Shown: one piece after another, positions 40,493 to 52,849 of the stretch
How positions within the stretch are numbered: position 1 is the stretch's first letter
How the letters are laid out: each line of letters begins with the position of its first letter
Assembly (NCBI GenBank): GCA_965287045.1
Contig: OZ336885.1
Span: 65,720,001-65,784,000 of the forward strand
DNA from: Carcharhinus amblyrhynchos
Lineage: Eukaryota
DNA: 64,000 nt
Direction: 5' to 3'
Program-made: the position numbers and the translations under genes
Notes under the pieces: generated by a model
Databases searched by the model: none
Told to the model about the DNA's origin: nothing
Seen by the model: only the letters and a program-made list of their open reading frames with translations

Positions 40493-42581
40493 GACTCGCC
40501 TTCCTTAACAAAAACGTTCTGATAAATGTGTCTCTACAGTAAACAGAAAACACTTTGCATTATGAATTATGTATTCGGCTTTAATCTGTCTATGAAAGAT
40601 TCGTCGCTTTTTCTTGTTTACAAGTTTTGTGGAATACACATTTTCCCAAAGTGATTATTGTTAATGCACATAGATTTTTTTTTCCCGCATCCTCTAACAC
40701 CAACATTTCTACAGCATCTGGAATATTAGGAAAACACATATCCATTGCCTCAACAATGCGTAATACTTTAGCTGCCAAAGCCCTTGTTACCACTCACCTT
40801 TCTTCTATGTTTTTTTCCTGACAAAAGGGGGACATTTACTATTTTTCCCTCAGAAAAACAGGTAAAGCTCCCGTAATTGAAAACGCATATTATACAAACT
40901 CGCATATAATGCATCAATAGAAACTATGAGTTTCAGATGCCTAAGATCACCCAAAAACGAGAACCTCGGAACTCACTCCATTATTTTTAGTTCGGCCAGC
41001 ATTTTAATTGTTCTTATTATTTCTTGCGACTTGGCACCAATCATTTTTATACCCAACTCTAGAACATCAAAAACGGCGTCCGGTGTGATGTACTTAACTA
41101 AATCAGTTGCCTAATAAAAGTTGGAGTTCCATCTTTTTCCACCGTATAAGCCACCATGCCCTTTTGTGAAGACCTACCGTGACTAATTGTTATTCGGTTG
41201 ATACTCTTCAATTACGATTGCTGACGTAAAGTCACTCGTGACTCAGTCTATGCATTTTCCTGCCTAATACATTTGAAATCCCTAAAAGCCTCACTTCCAA
41301 TCGTGAATGCGCACCCTCGAACAGAAACATCAGTAGCTTCACAAATCACTACTACCACTTCAAAATTCATGGACGCGCATCATGAAGATACCAAAAAGCT
41401 TTCTTCAACAGTGTCAGTAAAACATCACAGGATCTGTTTTCATTTGGCGACAGCCAAAAATGAGCAAAAGCGACCATAAGAAAATATACCAAACTCGAAC
41501 CACGTCATTTAGCGCATATGCACATGTAATTAACATCCGGCGTACTCGCAATGTGTTAACTGACGCTTTCGTAGGATGGAGAATTAAATCTCTGTAAAGC
41601 TGATGTCCCTGAAAAATAGGTAGGATACATATACCTTGATTTGCATTTCCTGATCTTTGAACCTGCTATATAAATGATATTAATACGTTCTGTCGTGTCG
41701 AATCCACCCTACGCCCCGGCCTCCTAACTTGTCTTCAAATCCCTTTGCCATATCCCTGGATTTTACCTTCAAGTTATATCCAGAAGCATCTTTTCCATGA
41801 AATTCCAACTGTGTGATAAAGCTCTCCGCACCTACCAGGGACCTCCGTGTATACCACAAGTTCACTTCAGTGATGCAGGTCTTGCTGTTTAGAAACATTT
41901 ATAAAGTTTTCATCTCATTCATTATAAACAACAAAACTCGCAGAAACATGTGGGTTTCTACCACTACTAACATTGGTCGTCTTACCAGACTTCTGAGACC
42001 GTGTCAACCTCTGGCTTTATCCCGCTCGTTCTGAGCTACCACTGCTTGATATTTAGCTCCCATTGAGGGATACGTTTTCATAATTCCCGATCTCTCCCTG
42101 TGATCACGTTCAATATCAGATATCCTTTTTCAACTGACACCACGTTACTTTGCCCTACGAGTTTCAACTTTGATTTCCAAAGGAATTGTCCTAACGGTCT
42201 CTCTTTGATTCCCAAAGGAATTGTCCTAACGGTCTCTCTTGCATTCATCACAAGTAAAGATTTTTATACATTCCAGTGGCCTTCCCTGCTCTCCTAGGAA
42301 CTGTTATATTCTTCAGTTGACTGCACTTTCAAGCAGGTATGACACATTTGTAGCAAATTTTGGCAGTAATCTTTTTGTAACAAATGATGCCTGATTTAGT
42401 TCATCTTAAGCATTGCGTTCCTCTACAGATATCCTGTCTATTTAAGCTAATTAACTTTCATAACTCTGTAACACGTGATCATTAGACGACCCTGTTAACT
42501 CATCATGTTCGGCAACTCTTTCTAAATTCGCAAATTGGTCATCTGGGCCCATTATCCTTCATGAATGTACCCCCTTACGAA

Positions 42582-43466
42582 AGTGAGGTAGATCTTCTAC
42601 TGAGAACAAACACTCAACTACTCAAAGAAAAGTGCCTCCTTTCGTTATCTGTTTTTTTGTGTGGTAATGGGGATCATCTGCCCTTCAGGTTTTAGTGATC
42701 AAATCAAAACAAATACCTGAGATTCTTTTTATTCTTTACTGGTTAGAACAGTTTTTTCTTCCGACTCACAGTAGACATAATCATTAAATCATTAATAAAG
42801 CAAATAAAACATTATTCGAATGGAATGTCTTGCTTAGCTGATTAAAATTCCTACTTCTGCACGAAAATAAATTGGGTTTTTAGTCACAGTCGAAATACAG
42901 TCAGGTATTTCGTCTTCCGGGTCTTTTTTTCCCCCCATTTATGCTTCCGTCTGCTTTTCTGTGTTCACTATCTTCTTTTTGCAATTTTACAATTGATGTG
43001 ATTTTTTTTTTCCATTCGGACACAGTGCGGCTGTTGCTCTATTCGAGAGCTGCTGTCTCTCTTTCCGAGCTGAGCTGAACTCAGCTGTTCGTCGGCAGGT
43101 GGCAGACGGTCTTCTTTGATAGTTTGGAGCTGGAAGCCGTGGTATTTACACCGATATGACATACCAAAATTTGCACAACAGCATTGGTTTAACAATTATC
43201 AAAGCATGAAATTCAAATGTGACAGGCTTTGGCGAATTAAATGTCTATTTCACATTTATTGTTTAAACAAAAACTGACGTCTCGGCAGGAATTTCTGCCT
43301 AGCCTAGCGCTGCAATGTTTCACTTTTTTGTCTCTCTGTGCATTTCTTACATCTGTTTCTCTCAAGTAAAGACAAAAAAAAATTCTACAGCTTCATGAAA
43401 GTTTACAATTCTAAATATTTTAGATTTTAAAAAATATTTTTACAAACACTATCTTCACAGCAAGCA
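42582..43466. mobile_element. 885-bp insertion (probable solo LTR) inside the Copia integrase
   Basis: Integrase sequence is contiguous on both sides; TACGAA is duplicated at 42576-42581 and 43467-43472. Confidence 0.65.
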
Positions 43467-45895
43467 TACGAATCTGATTACCACAATATTTGTATATATA
43501 TATATTGCCATCTCTGCCTTCAAACTTCCCTGTGCCTTTGCACTTATAGAAATTATTTCAATTCTAGCATGAAGTACCTGCTTGCTCGGAATTGGGCCTT
43601 CATGACCGGAAATTGCGCCTTAAACCGCTGAGATTTCAGGAACTTCAGAAACTTTCGACTACGGAAATGTTTTCCGCTTATATGCAGAACATTTCAATCC
43701 TCAGAAAAGGCAAAACTAATTGCAGTCCCTTCCCGAGCTTAAGGCTGGTCATTCAAAATGGACAGAATTGCAGGTTTCTTCTTATTCTGAATTTATACGA
43801 ACTACGGCCCTCGACCATCCGCGACGAATTATTTGCAGTACTGCTCCTGCTAAGGGTGAATGTAACTTCCAACGTGATCGATAGGACACATTTTCTAGAT
43901 TATGTATCTTCTTAAGGCGTGGATATTCTCATACACCGCATCACTCTGGGCTTCCCAGCTCCGCATTTTTGCTTGACAAATATTCCTCAAGTCATCGCTA
44001 TCAAAGTCTTACCCATTCCCAACGTTAGTAAATAACTTTCCCGGTTGTCCCATTCCTGTCTATATCCATGTTTCCATGAGCTGATCCAGGATTACTCTTT
44101 TATTTCCTGTGGGCAACTGTTGTTTGACTAAATTCAGTTGATAAATCTACAGATTGCAACTTGACTGAATTGTTTGCTTTATCCCAGATTTTAAGATAGA
44201 GAGCCACAATGTGATTTAAATCTCGGACCAATTGTAGAGTCGCGATTTATCCTACTGGTGTCCTTCTGCACTTCCTACCAAACCTCTCACTGATCACTGA
44301 AATGTTCCATAATCTTTGCATAGACATCATTTCTTACAGCTGCAAACGTTAACCATATTTGCAGCCTTAGAGGAAACAAATGCACAAAGTGCCAATGCAG
44401 TATCGACACAATGATCTTTTTCATCTGTTAAAACACCCATTTCTAGCTCGTAATAAAACTTCCTTAACCCCTATACCCGAAAAGCTAATAGCCAGTAATA
44501 GATTGCAATAGGATGCTGACTGTGGAAATTGTCAGTCTACCACTGTTTTTTTTTCCCCAAAACTGTTGCTTTATCATTTTCCACGTCCTGTTTCATGTGT
44601 GCTTCCTCATTGATGGTCGGCCCAGAGGTAAGTATATCTCACTTGAAACAATTTGCGAATGAAACGATTCGCTCCGGCAATAATGCACGTTTTCACCATC
44701 CTTTTTAGAGTACGATAATCTTTAAAAGATTTTTTTTGGAACTTTCATATTCCTGGCCCTTGTTCCGATTATCAGCATTTAAGCAATCCCGATAACATTT
44801 TAAACAGTCAACTCCACATATTGTAGGTGTGCAGCCACTGTCCAATACAGACAAATAAAAAACTTTACAAGCAACAATTTCATTACAGCAAGGATACATC
44901 TTGTTAAAAAGATAATGTCTTCTTTCTGACCACTATATATATTCTTTTTCGTTTCCAATTCATACGTGTCATGCTGATCTTCAAACGTTCCATTAGATAG
45001 TTTTGAACAGTCGAAAGCATCGTGAAATTTAGAGTTAACACAGAAAGCACCGATCATACCATGGATATTTCTGGGGCTCATTTTGAACTACCACTCTCCA
45101 TATCATTACTCCTACTGTAGATATTCAAGTGGTTGTTGTCGCCATGATGCTTGGGTTCAAATCTTCTACCATTTTCCCGTAGCCTGTATGTTCCTGTAGG
45201 TCTCGCCATCCTGTTAACTGCCAGAGTCTGTTTGATTATTGATTGTCCATTTTTGTCATTGAGGCCACAGGGATAGAATGCTTCCCGAAGTGTGTTTTGC
45301 AAGTTTCTAGCATTTGTGCATATAAGCCATATTTCTGCAAATGTAACTCCTGCCAAAAGCAACAGCTTACCCATTTTTGCAGCTTCAGAACAGACAAATA
45401 ATAAAGTCATCACTGTACCATTTCCATGCAGTATTTTTGCAGCCTTATATCGAATTTGTTAATTTTGTTACATATACTTCACTGGAAACTATTCTGCTAC
45501 CTGTAAACTATTGAAGTCTGACCAGGATTCATATGTTTTTAACAATTCAGCCGTTTGATTAATGTTATCCATAACTACTAATAAATTATCCAGACCGTTC
45601 TCTGAGTCCATATTTTCCAACTCGAGTTCAGAAAGTAATTTTCAATTACGTTTAGTTCAATGTGTTAAAGGATGATTCAAGGACCTTCCTTGCTTCCTTC
45701 TCCTCAAACTGACTACCTTAGTAGATATGTTTATTTGATTTCTTCATAGGCCGAGGTTTACTGTCTGAGAATAATGGTGGATCTTCACATGCTGACACTT
45801 TCACCCTTGGCTGAGCTATTGTGTCATGTCCGATTCACACTTTTGATTGAATGCAATGTTGTCTGAAGTCGTAACTTGCACTGTTTATTTCCATA

Positions 45896-45906
45896 CGTCG
45901 CTACCA
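45896..45906 (-). promoter_or_regulatory. Primer-binding site (tRNA-Met type), degenerate
   Basis: TGGTAGCGACG just inside the 5' LTR; cf. TGGTAGCAGAG. Confidence 0.7.
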
Positions 45907-45907
45907 G

Positions 45908-46125
45908 TATTAAGCCTTTCAGTGTCAGTTCAGTAATAAAATTGAGCCAGGTCCAAGTTCTTTAGGAGCTCACTTTTTAAACAAAATATACTTTACAATT
46001 CCGCATACACACCCCAACACTCAGTTTCATCTGTAAACGTGTTAATTATCCAGATAAGCATAACTAAACGATTAACAACCAAATTAAGTCTTAATTGGAA
46101 GGTTTTACTTTAGTCATTCTTAATA
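45908..46125 (-). repeat. Copia 5' LTR
   Basis: Direct repeat of 40275-40492, adjacent to the PBS. Confidence 0.75.
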
Positions 46126-48640
46126 AGTATCACGGGAATCTTCAATCCGCGCTTTGATTAGGTTCACCAAATTGGTTGCAAAGCGATGGAGCAACATTTC
46201 TTAAAATTTAAAAAGGAAGTTTTTTTTCGACCAAAATGTCCAATTAGACAGCACGCCTTCCTAGGCTGGTATAGTGTAGTGAAACAAACTAATCAGCAAA
46301 CTTGTGTTGGGAAATTCTTTGGGACAAGTGTTCATAGTAATGTGATTTTTTTTTTCATTAAGAAGAAATGTAACATAGATCAGCCTGAAACTATGAACGT
46401 AAACTTAAGGAAGAGTAACTTTGATGATATGAGAGATGATTCAGCTAGGATAATTTGACAAATGAAACTTAAGGGATTGAGAGTCATTGGACAGTTAATG
46501 ATCACATAGATGTACTTCAAAAGCTGCATACTGCGGAAGACGGTTCATCCATGGCTAACAAGAAGAAAAAAATAGCATCGAGTTCAAGCCGAGGAAGAGG
46601 TATATACATACGCTGGAAAACCGTCAAACTGAAGGAATGTGAGAAATTTAACATCCAGCAGAGGAGGACAAAAAGTTGTATGGGAAGAAAATACAATGGA
46701 GGACATCTGAAAACATGAAAGCAGACTGAAAAAAAAAACTTTCATAGATATGTGAAGAGAAAAAATGTTGAAGTGAAATGTCGGTATCTCGCAGTTAGAA
46801 GTAAAATCATAACGGGCAACAACGGGATAGCAGAAAATCTGAACAAACATTTCTCCAACAGAACACCAATAACCTCCCAGAAATAGTGGGAACAGAAGGG
46901 CATATGTGAAGGAGCAAACTGAAGGAAATCCTTATCGATCAGTAAATTGTACTGGGAGAAGTGTTGGGATTAGACCTCCAAGGTCCCCATGGCCTAATGC
47001 TCTGCATCCTTGCTACTAAAAGCAGCTACCACACAATTTGTGGATGTATTTGGTGATTGTTTTCTTGCATTCTATATTCTCTGGAAGAGTTTCAGTGGTT
47101 TGAACAACAGCTAATCCAACCCCATTTTTTTTCCTTTGGAAAAAAGAGAAAGGAGCAAGAGAAAAACGGAGAATTATAGACCGATTAGGATGAAATCAGT
47201 GGTGGAAGAAATGCTGGAATCAATTATTAAGGATGTAATTGCTGCGCACTTTGAAAGCAGTGACAGGATCGCCCCAAGTCCGTCTGGATTCGCGAAAGGG
47301 AAATCGTATTTGAAAAATCTTAAATTTATTTGTGGACGTGAAATAGAGTGGTCAAGGGCGAACCAGTGAAAGTTTTGTGTCTGGATTTTGAAAAAAACCT
47401 TTTTGCAAGATTCCGCACAAGGGATGAATGAGCAGCATAACGTCCATTGCTTTGGAATAAGAAATTGACATGGATGAAGAATTGGTTGACACGTAGGATG
47501 CATACAATGGGAGCAAACGGGTCATTTTCAAAATGGCAGGCAGTGGCTTCTGGGTTAATGCACGGATCAATGCTGCGACCTCAGCTGTTCACAATATAAA
47601 GTAATAATTTGCTCGAAGGATTTGAATCCAAATTTCCAAATTTCAGACGACACTAATCTCCATGTTAGTGTGTGCTGTGAGCAGCAGGTTAAGAGGTTGC
47701 AGAGTGACATGGGCAGGGCTCTTGTGTGAAAAAATATTGGGCAAATGCAAAACAAAATGTGTACGTGCGATAATATCCGCTTTGGTGGCAAAAGCAGCTA
47801 GGGGGGTTATTATCCGAATGTTGGCAATTTTGGGGGTGGGGATGGTGGTGGAGGGGGAGGAAGTGTAGCCTGTCCTGGGTGTCATGGTTGAACAGTCGCT
47901 GAAGGTTTGCATGCAGGTACAACAGAGAGTGAGAAAAACGAATGACATGCTGGCCTTCACAGCATTTGGATTTGAGTTTTGCAACAAGAATATCTTGCTT
48001 CAATTGTTCAGGGCGCCAGTGAGGCCACACTTTGACACTGTACAGTTTTCATCCACTTGTCTTAGGAACGACGTTTTCGCTATGCCGGGAGTTAATCAAA
48101 GGTTTGCCAGACTGATTGCTAGAATGGCAGGGCTGACATATAAAGATAAACTAGATCGACTGAGTTTGTAAAAAAATGGAATTTGGAAGAATGAGTGAAA
48201 CATATAAAATTTTGAATATACTGATCAATGCAGAAATAATGTCCTGATATTCGTGAAGTGCAGAGCTAAGGATTACAGTCGACAAAATTAGGAGTAAATC
48301 ATTCCGGGCTCAGAAGAGGAAGATTTTTTTTTCACTCAGAGTTGCGATTCGGTGGAATTATGTACTGCAGAAAGATATTAAGGCCAGTTCGTTAGTGATG
48401 TTGCAAAGTGAGCTGCACGTAGCCCTTGTGGCTGAAGAGTTCAAAGACTATGAAAAAGCGGACATGGAAAATTGAAACTGATTATTAAATATCACAGTTC
48501 TTATAGCGATATCATTAGTTGACCGGGGGAAAGTCTCCACACCCGCTTGCGCCTCCGCAACCACCCCCTTCCCCCCTCTCCCCACCACCGCGGTTCATTT
48601 CACTACTGAGGAGGAGTCTGCTGCTGTCCCCGGAGGGCTG

Positions 48641-49812
48641 TAAGAAGTCTCACAACACCAGTTTAAAGTCCAACAGGTTAACTTGGTAGCGAAATCCACT
48701 AGCTATCCGAGCGCTGCTCGTTCCTCAAGTAAGGGTGTGTTCTATTTACCGACAGGGCGTACAAAGACACAAATAAATTCAATTTACAACATAATGGTTG
48801 GAATGCGAATCTTTATAAATAATCAAGTCTTAAAGTACAGACAATGTGACTGAACAGAGCGTTAAACACATGTTAAGGAAATGTGTATTGTCTACAGGCG
48901 GACAATTAGTGAGATTTTGCAAGCCCAGGCAAGTTGTGCGGGTTACGGATAATGTGACATGAACCCATGATGCCGGTTGAGGCTGTCCTCATGTGTGCAG
49001 GACTTGGCTATTGCTCTGTGCACAGCGACTCAGTGTTGTAGTGTGTTGTGAAGGCCACCTTGGAGAACGTTTATCCGAAGATCAGAGGCCAATGCCTGTG
49101 ACCGCTGAAGTGCTCCCCAACGGGAAGAGAACACCCTTGCCTGGTGATTGTCGAGCGGTGTTCATTCATCTGTTGTCATGGCGTCTGCATTGTCTGCCCA
49201 ATATACCATGCCTCAGGGCATCCTTTCCTGCAGCGTATCATTAGACATTGGCCTAGTTGAAAGCGTACGTAATGTGCACCTGGTGAATGGTGTTCTCATG
49301 GGAGATGATGGCATCCCTGTCGATGATCCGGCACGTCTTGCAGAGGTTGCTGTTGCAGGGTTTTGTTTTGTCACGTTCAATGTTCTCCTGAAGGCTTTGT
49401 TGTATGCTGCCGGCCACGGTCTGTTCGAGGTTGTGGGGTTGTTTGAAGGCAAGAAGTAGGGAGGTCGCGATGGCCTTAGCGAGATGTTCATCCTCATCAA
49501 TGACATGTTGAAGGCTCCGGAAAAGATGTCATAGTTTTTCCGCTCCGGGGAAGTACAGGACGACGAAGTGTACTCCGCCGTGGCCTGTGTTTGTCTTCTG
49601 AGCTGGTCGATGTGTTTTTTTGCTGTGGCGCGTTGGAACTGTCGATCGATGAGTAGAACGCCATAGCCTGCTCTTATGAGGGCAACTTTCAGCTTCTGGA
49701 AGGCATACACAATACATTTAAATAAACCAGTTTGACTTTAATCTGGTGTTGTGAGACTTGTTGCTGTGTTTACTCCAATCCAACGCCGGTATCTCCACAT
49801 CATGACTACCAT
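48641..49812 (-). mobile_element. Penelope-like element: RT thumb/linker plus GIY-YIG endonuclease remnant with inverted terminal repeat
   Basis: LKVALIRAGY..LIDRQFQRAT, FVVLYFPGAEKL, CRKGCPEAWYIG, PVGEHFSG (48950-49710); 48643-48677 is repeated inverted at ~49723-49760. Confidence 0.92.
48697..48731 (-). ncRNA. Degenerate minimal hammerhead ribozyme motif of the Penelope terminal repeat
   Basis: Minus strand CTTGAGGAA-CGAGC-AGC-GCTCG-GATAGCTAGTG: perfect stem II flanked by mutated CUGAnGA and GAAA boxes. Confidence 0.55.
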
Positions 49813-50005
49813 TGACCACTGTGGACTGAACAGAGACCAAGGACGACCAACTCCCCGGAGGTTGAGGGTAAGGAGGATTACCTTCTGTATATTTCCAGCC
49901 TGACACTTCAGCCTGTCCGTCTATCTCTTCTCAAGTGGCAAAGCGGCAATACTAAGGGTCACGTTGTTGCTGCATTCCCGGCGTCGGGAAGTGACAAGAG
50001 GGCGT

Positions 50006-50523
50006 TGTCACAGGCGGGAGGGACCAGATCATTGGGCGGGACCTATTAGGGAACATCAACGCGGGTTCGATTGATCGGCCTCGCCACCACTCTCCATAAG
50101 GATTGGCGGCATAGGGAGGTGACGATGGTCGAGCTGGTTATCTGGGTGAAAGATGGTCAGCTCAGACGTGCGGCGTTCTGGACTGCCGGGAGTCTCCGCT
50201 CGGGACTGGGAGTGGTTGGGATCGTTCGGGATTTGTGGTCTGGTAGCTTGTCGCCGGCAGTTGTGGCAGTGGCTGGCAACGAGATGTCCGGGAGGCACGT
50301 GGTCACGGGGTAAGTGTGCGTCGGGAACTTGATTTATGGGGCTAGCGACAATTCAGGGGGCCGGCAATGCTGTAACAACGCTGATGTGATGTTTCCCTCT
50401 GAGCGTGTTTTGAACCCTGCATTTGGATATATCTCACCTCGTAATCTTAATTCTGCGTTCGTGAGAAATAAGGGTACTACCGTTTTGGTTAATAAAAAAA
50501 GCAGAATTTAATACTCTCTATCA
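50006..50523 (+). repeat. LTR-like GC-rich segment
   Basis: TG...CA bounded, AATAAA near the 3' end, adjacent to the Gypsy fragment; no TSD seen. Confidence 0.35.
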
Positions 50524-50949
50524 TGAACACTAAAAGGTCTTTATTTTGGAATTATTTATCAAAACAATTAAGAAGCTGATTAACAATGCTACTAGAACGA
50601 TATTCTAACAATGCAAGATACACACACACAGACACACACATACTTCACGTTTGAATTTTATTGTTTCTGTGCGTCACCATCCTTGATTTACCACCATTTG
50701 TACCACTCAAGAAGAAACTTTGCTATGCTCGAACTTTCGTTGCTGCTTTACAAACAAAAGTTTCAAAATTGTCTTTTGCAACCAATTTTCTACAGTTTAA
50801 TATCCAAAGCACAAGACGCATGTTTTTTTTTAAGGCAACGACATACGATATATTCTTCTGGTTTCAACATTTATTTTCAATATGTACTTTTGTCAGAAAC
50901 CAAATTTTTAGCGAAATCAATGAAGCTTAATGACACCTTCCCCTAAGGA

Positions 50950-52700
50950 AAAAAAAGATGAACCATCAGCAACAAAAGATGGCTATATATTGTTATATCC
51001 GCGACAAAACCTCGGCTATGAACTTTTCCCCACCCACAATATGAATAATGTTTCAATCAAACAGTCGTAACATTAACCTCCACCGAAACGCTCGGCCCTT
51101 CTCGTTGTTAAATTGACCTGCACTATCATGCGTTTAACGTCAATATATATTGTATTAAAGGTATTATTGCTAACACAAATCTGACAATGTTGTAAGGTCA
51201 TCAGTAGATGCAATAACACATCATCTCGCTGTGGAACATTTCTTCTGATGTAAGTTGAGTTTCTTTGAAACACAACAAATTAGCCTTTCAATGCCATAGT
51301 CAACCTCTTATAACATTACAGCCCCGACACCCATATCGCTGGCGTCGATTGCGACTTTCGAACCTTTCTGCAAATTTGCTGTAACCAGCGCGGGCACAGT
51401 GGTGAGAATGTCAGTTAAACGTTGGAATGCCGGCTCGCATTATTCTGTCTCTTAATTTGTGTTTTTCTTCGGCAAATTATTTAAGGATACCATTGCAGTG
51501 CTTGAAATTCGGCACAAGCCTGCGGTAGAGTCCACTCAGTCTCAGAAATCTGAACACGCTTTTTTTCGACGGTGGATTGGGAATTGTTGTACAGCCTTAG
51601 CGTTTCAATTTCCTGGTGTCATCTTCCGGTTTCAAATATTGGGTCCCAAGAAGGGCACCTCAGTCTTGGCAAATTATGTCTTTGCAAGATTGAGTGCGGT
51701 CTTGAACTTCCGTAGTCACTCGAAGCGGTCTACTAAATGTGCGATTTGGTCTCTCCAGGACAGGCCAACTATCTGTGAATCATCGATGTAAACAGCACAA
51801 TTAGAAATCCGGTCCACTACTCAGGTTATTAGATTTGTAACGCATTGTTTTCATCCAAAACGACATTACTTTAAACGGATATAGCGCTCTGTAGTTACCA
51901 GGCTGAAATTTATTTCGTTTTGACCGACATAGGAGACTGCAATACCCGCGACGTAAACACATCTTGCTAATATATGCAGCTTGCCCGATCGTTTCCACAC
52001 AATTCTCCAACCTTGGGAATGGATTGGAATCCAATAGCATCAGTAAATTGACTTTCCGATAATCCATATCGAATCGTTGAGCACCACTGGGTTTAAGGAC
52101 TAAGACGACTGGTGAACTCATTGACTTTGACTCGACTCTGCTGTGTCATCTCACAGCATCACTTTTAATTTATGTTCCACCTGTTCTGCTCTGAGAGAAT
52201 TAAGATTGATAGTCTGATGTTTTATTAGAACAGTCTCGACGTAAACCTCATTTACTCTGGCATCGGTCCACTTCACCATTTCCCTACACAAGTCATTATG
52301 TCACTTTAATAGGTCCTTCAGTTTTTTTCTGGGGGGGGGGGGGGCACTTAAATTAATACCTGATTCCAGTTTGATAGTTCTTTGGAATTATTCAATTTGT
52401 TTAGAGGTGCATCAAAATCCACATCCTCCGAACTTGACTCCTCACTTTGAAATGACGTAACTCATATCAGTTTCTCGGGTTCCTCTCCAAGATCATAATA
52501 TTGATTCAGCATGTTCGCATGATCTATATCCTGTTTAATATTTGAAACCTGAACACTTGTGTCTGAGCTTTTAACTGTTTTTTTTTCATTACTTCCTGAA
52601 CTATAGTGGCAACTTAATCATGTTCATCCCCTTCGTCTTTCCTTTTGTGCTCTCTCATATTTTAACACACACTGTAGGATTTTCCCACCTCATAGTCCAT
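50950..52700 (-). mobile_element. Ty3/Gypsy pol fragment, Gmr1-type domain order
   Basis: RT SSPVVLVLKP..QRFDMDYRKVN..FKVMSF (51801-52121), RNase H VAIDASDMGVGAVM (~51310-51360), integrase C-terminal-like HANMLNQY upstream of RT (~52500-52525). Confidence 0.85.
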
Positions 52701-52849
52701 ACCATTTCACTGTTTATCCCCTTCACTCCCTCATCAGAAGGCTTCTTTAGTGAGAGGAAGAAAATTCCCATATGCATATCAAGCTGAACATTGCTGGATA
52801 ACCTATTTTATTTTATTATTATTTTGCAAACCTCATAAATGACTATGAA

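Larger units (their letters stand above)
40275..46125 (-). mobile_element. Ty1/Copia LTR retrotransposon, GalEa-like, complete but decayed
   Basis: Order gag (degenerate CCHC ~45010-45060), protease VLDSGC (~44840), integrase (44420-43480 and 42570-42250), RT KVKSRDMAKGFE and FMMRVHEF (cf. KARLVARGFE, HVDD), RNase H VTRALAAKVL (cf. STLAAE). Two ~218-bp LTRs, PBS and PPT present. Confidence 0.92.
38390..48480 (+). mobile_element. Full-length decayed CR1 LINE (5' UTR, ORF1, ORF2), interrupted by Copia at 40275-46125
   Basis: ORF1 zinc finger FTCRKC and esterase-like IVDSI/YCLP/HIDTN (38700-39750); ORF2 endonuclease to RPP...KEIRNQC (40260) resumes at 46126 with a GDFN-like region; RT motifs NYRPI, GFAKGKSYL, FSDD (47170-48200). 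Confidence 0.9.

Noticed and set aside
44800-45081. TCR/pre-TCR-like transmembrane stretch LAVMKLLLVKFF
   Set aside because: Out-of-frame reading of the Copia gag-protease junction.
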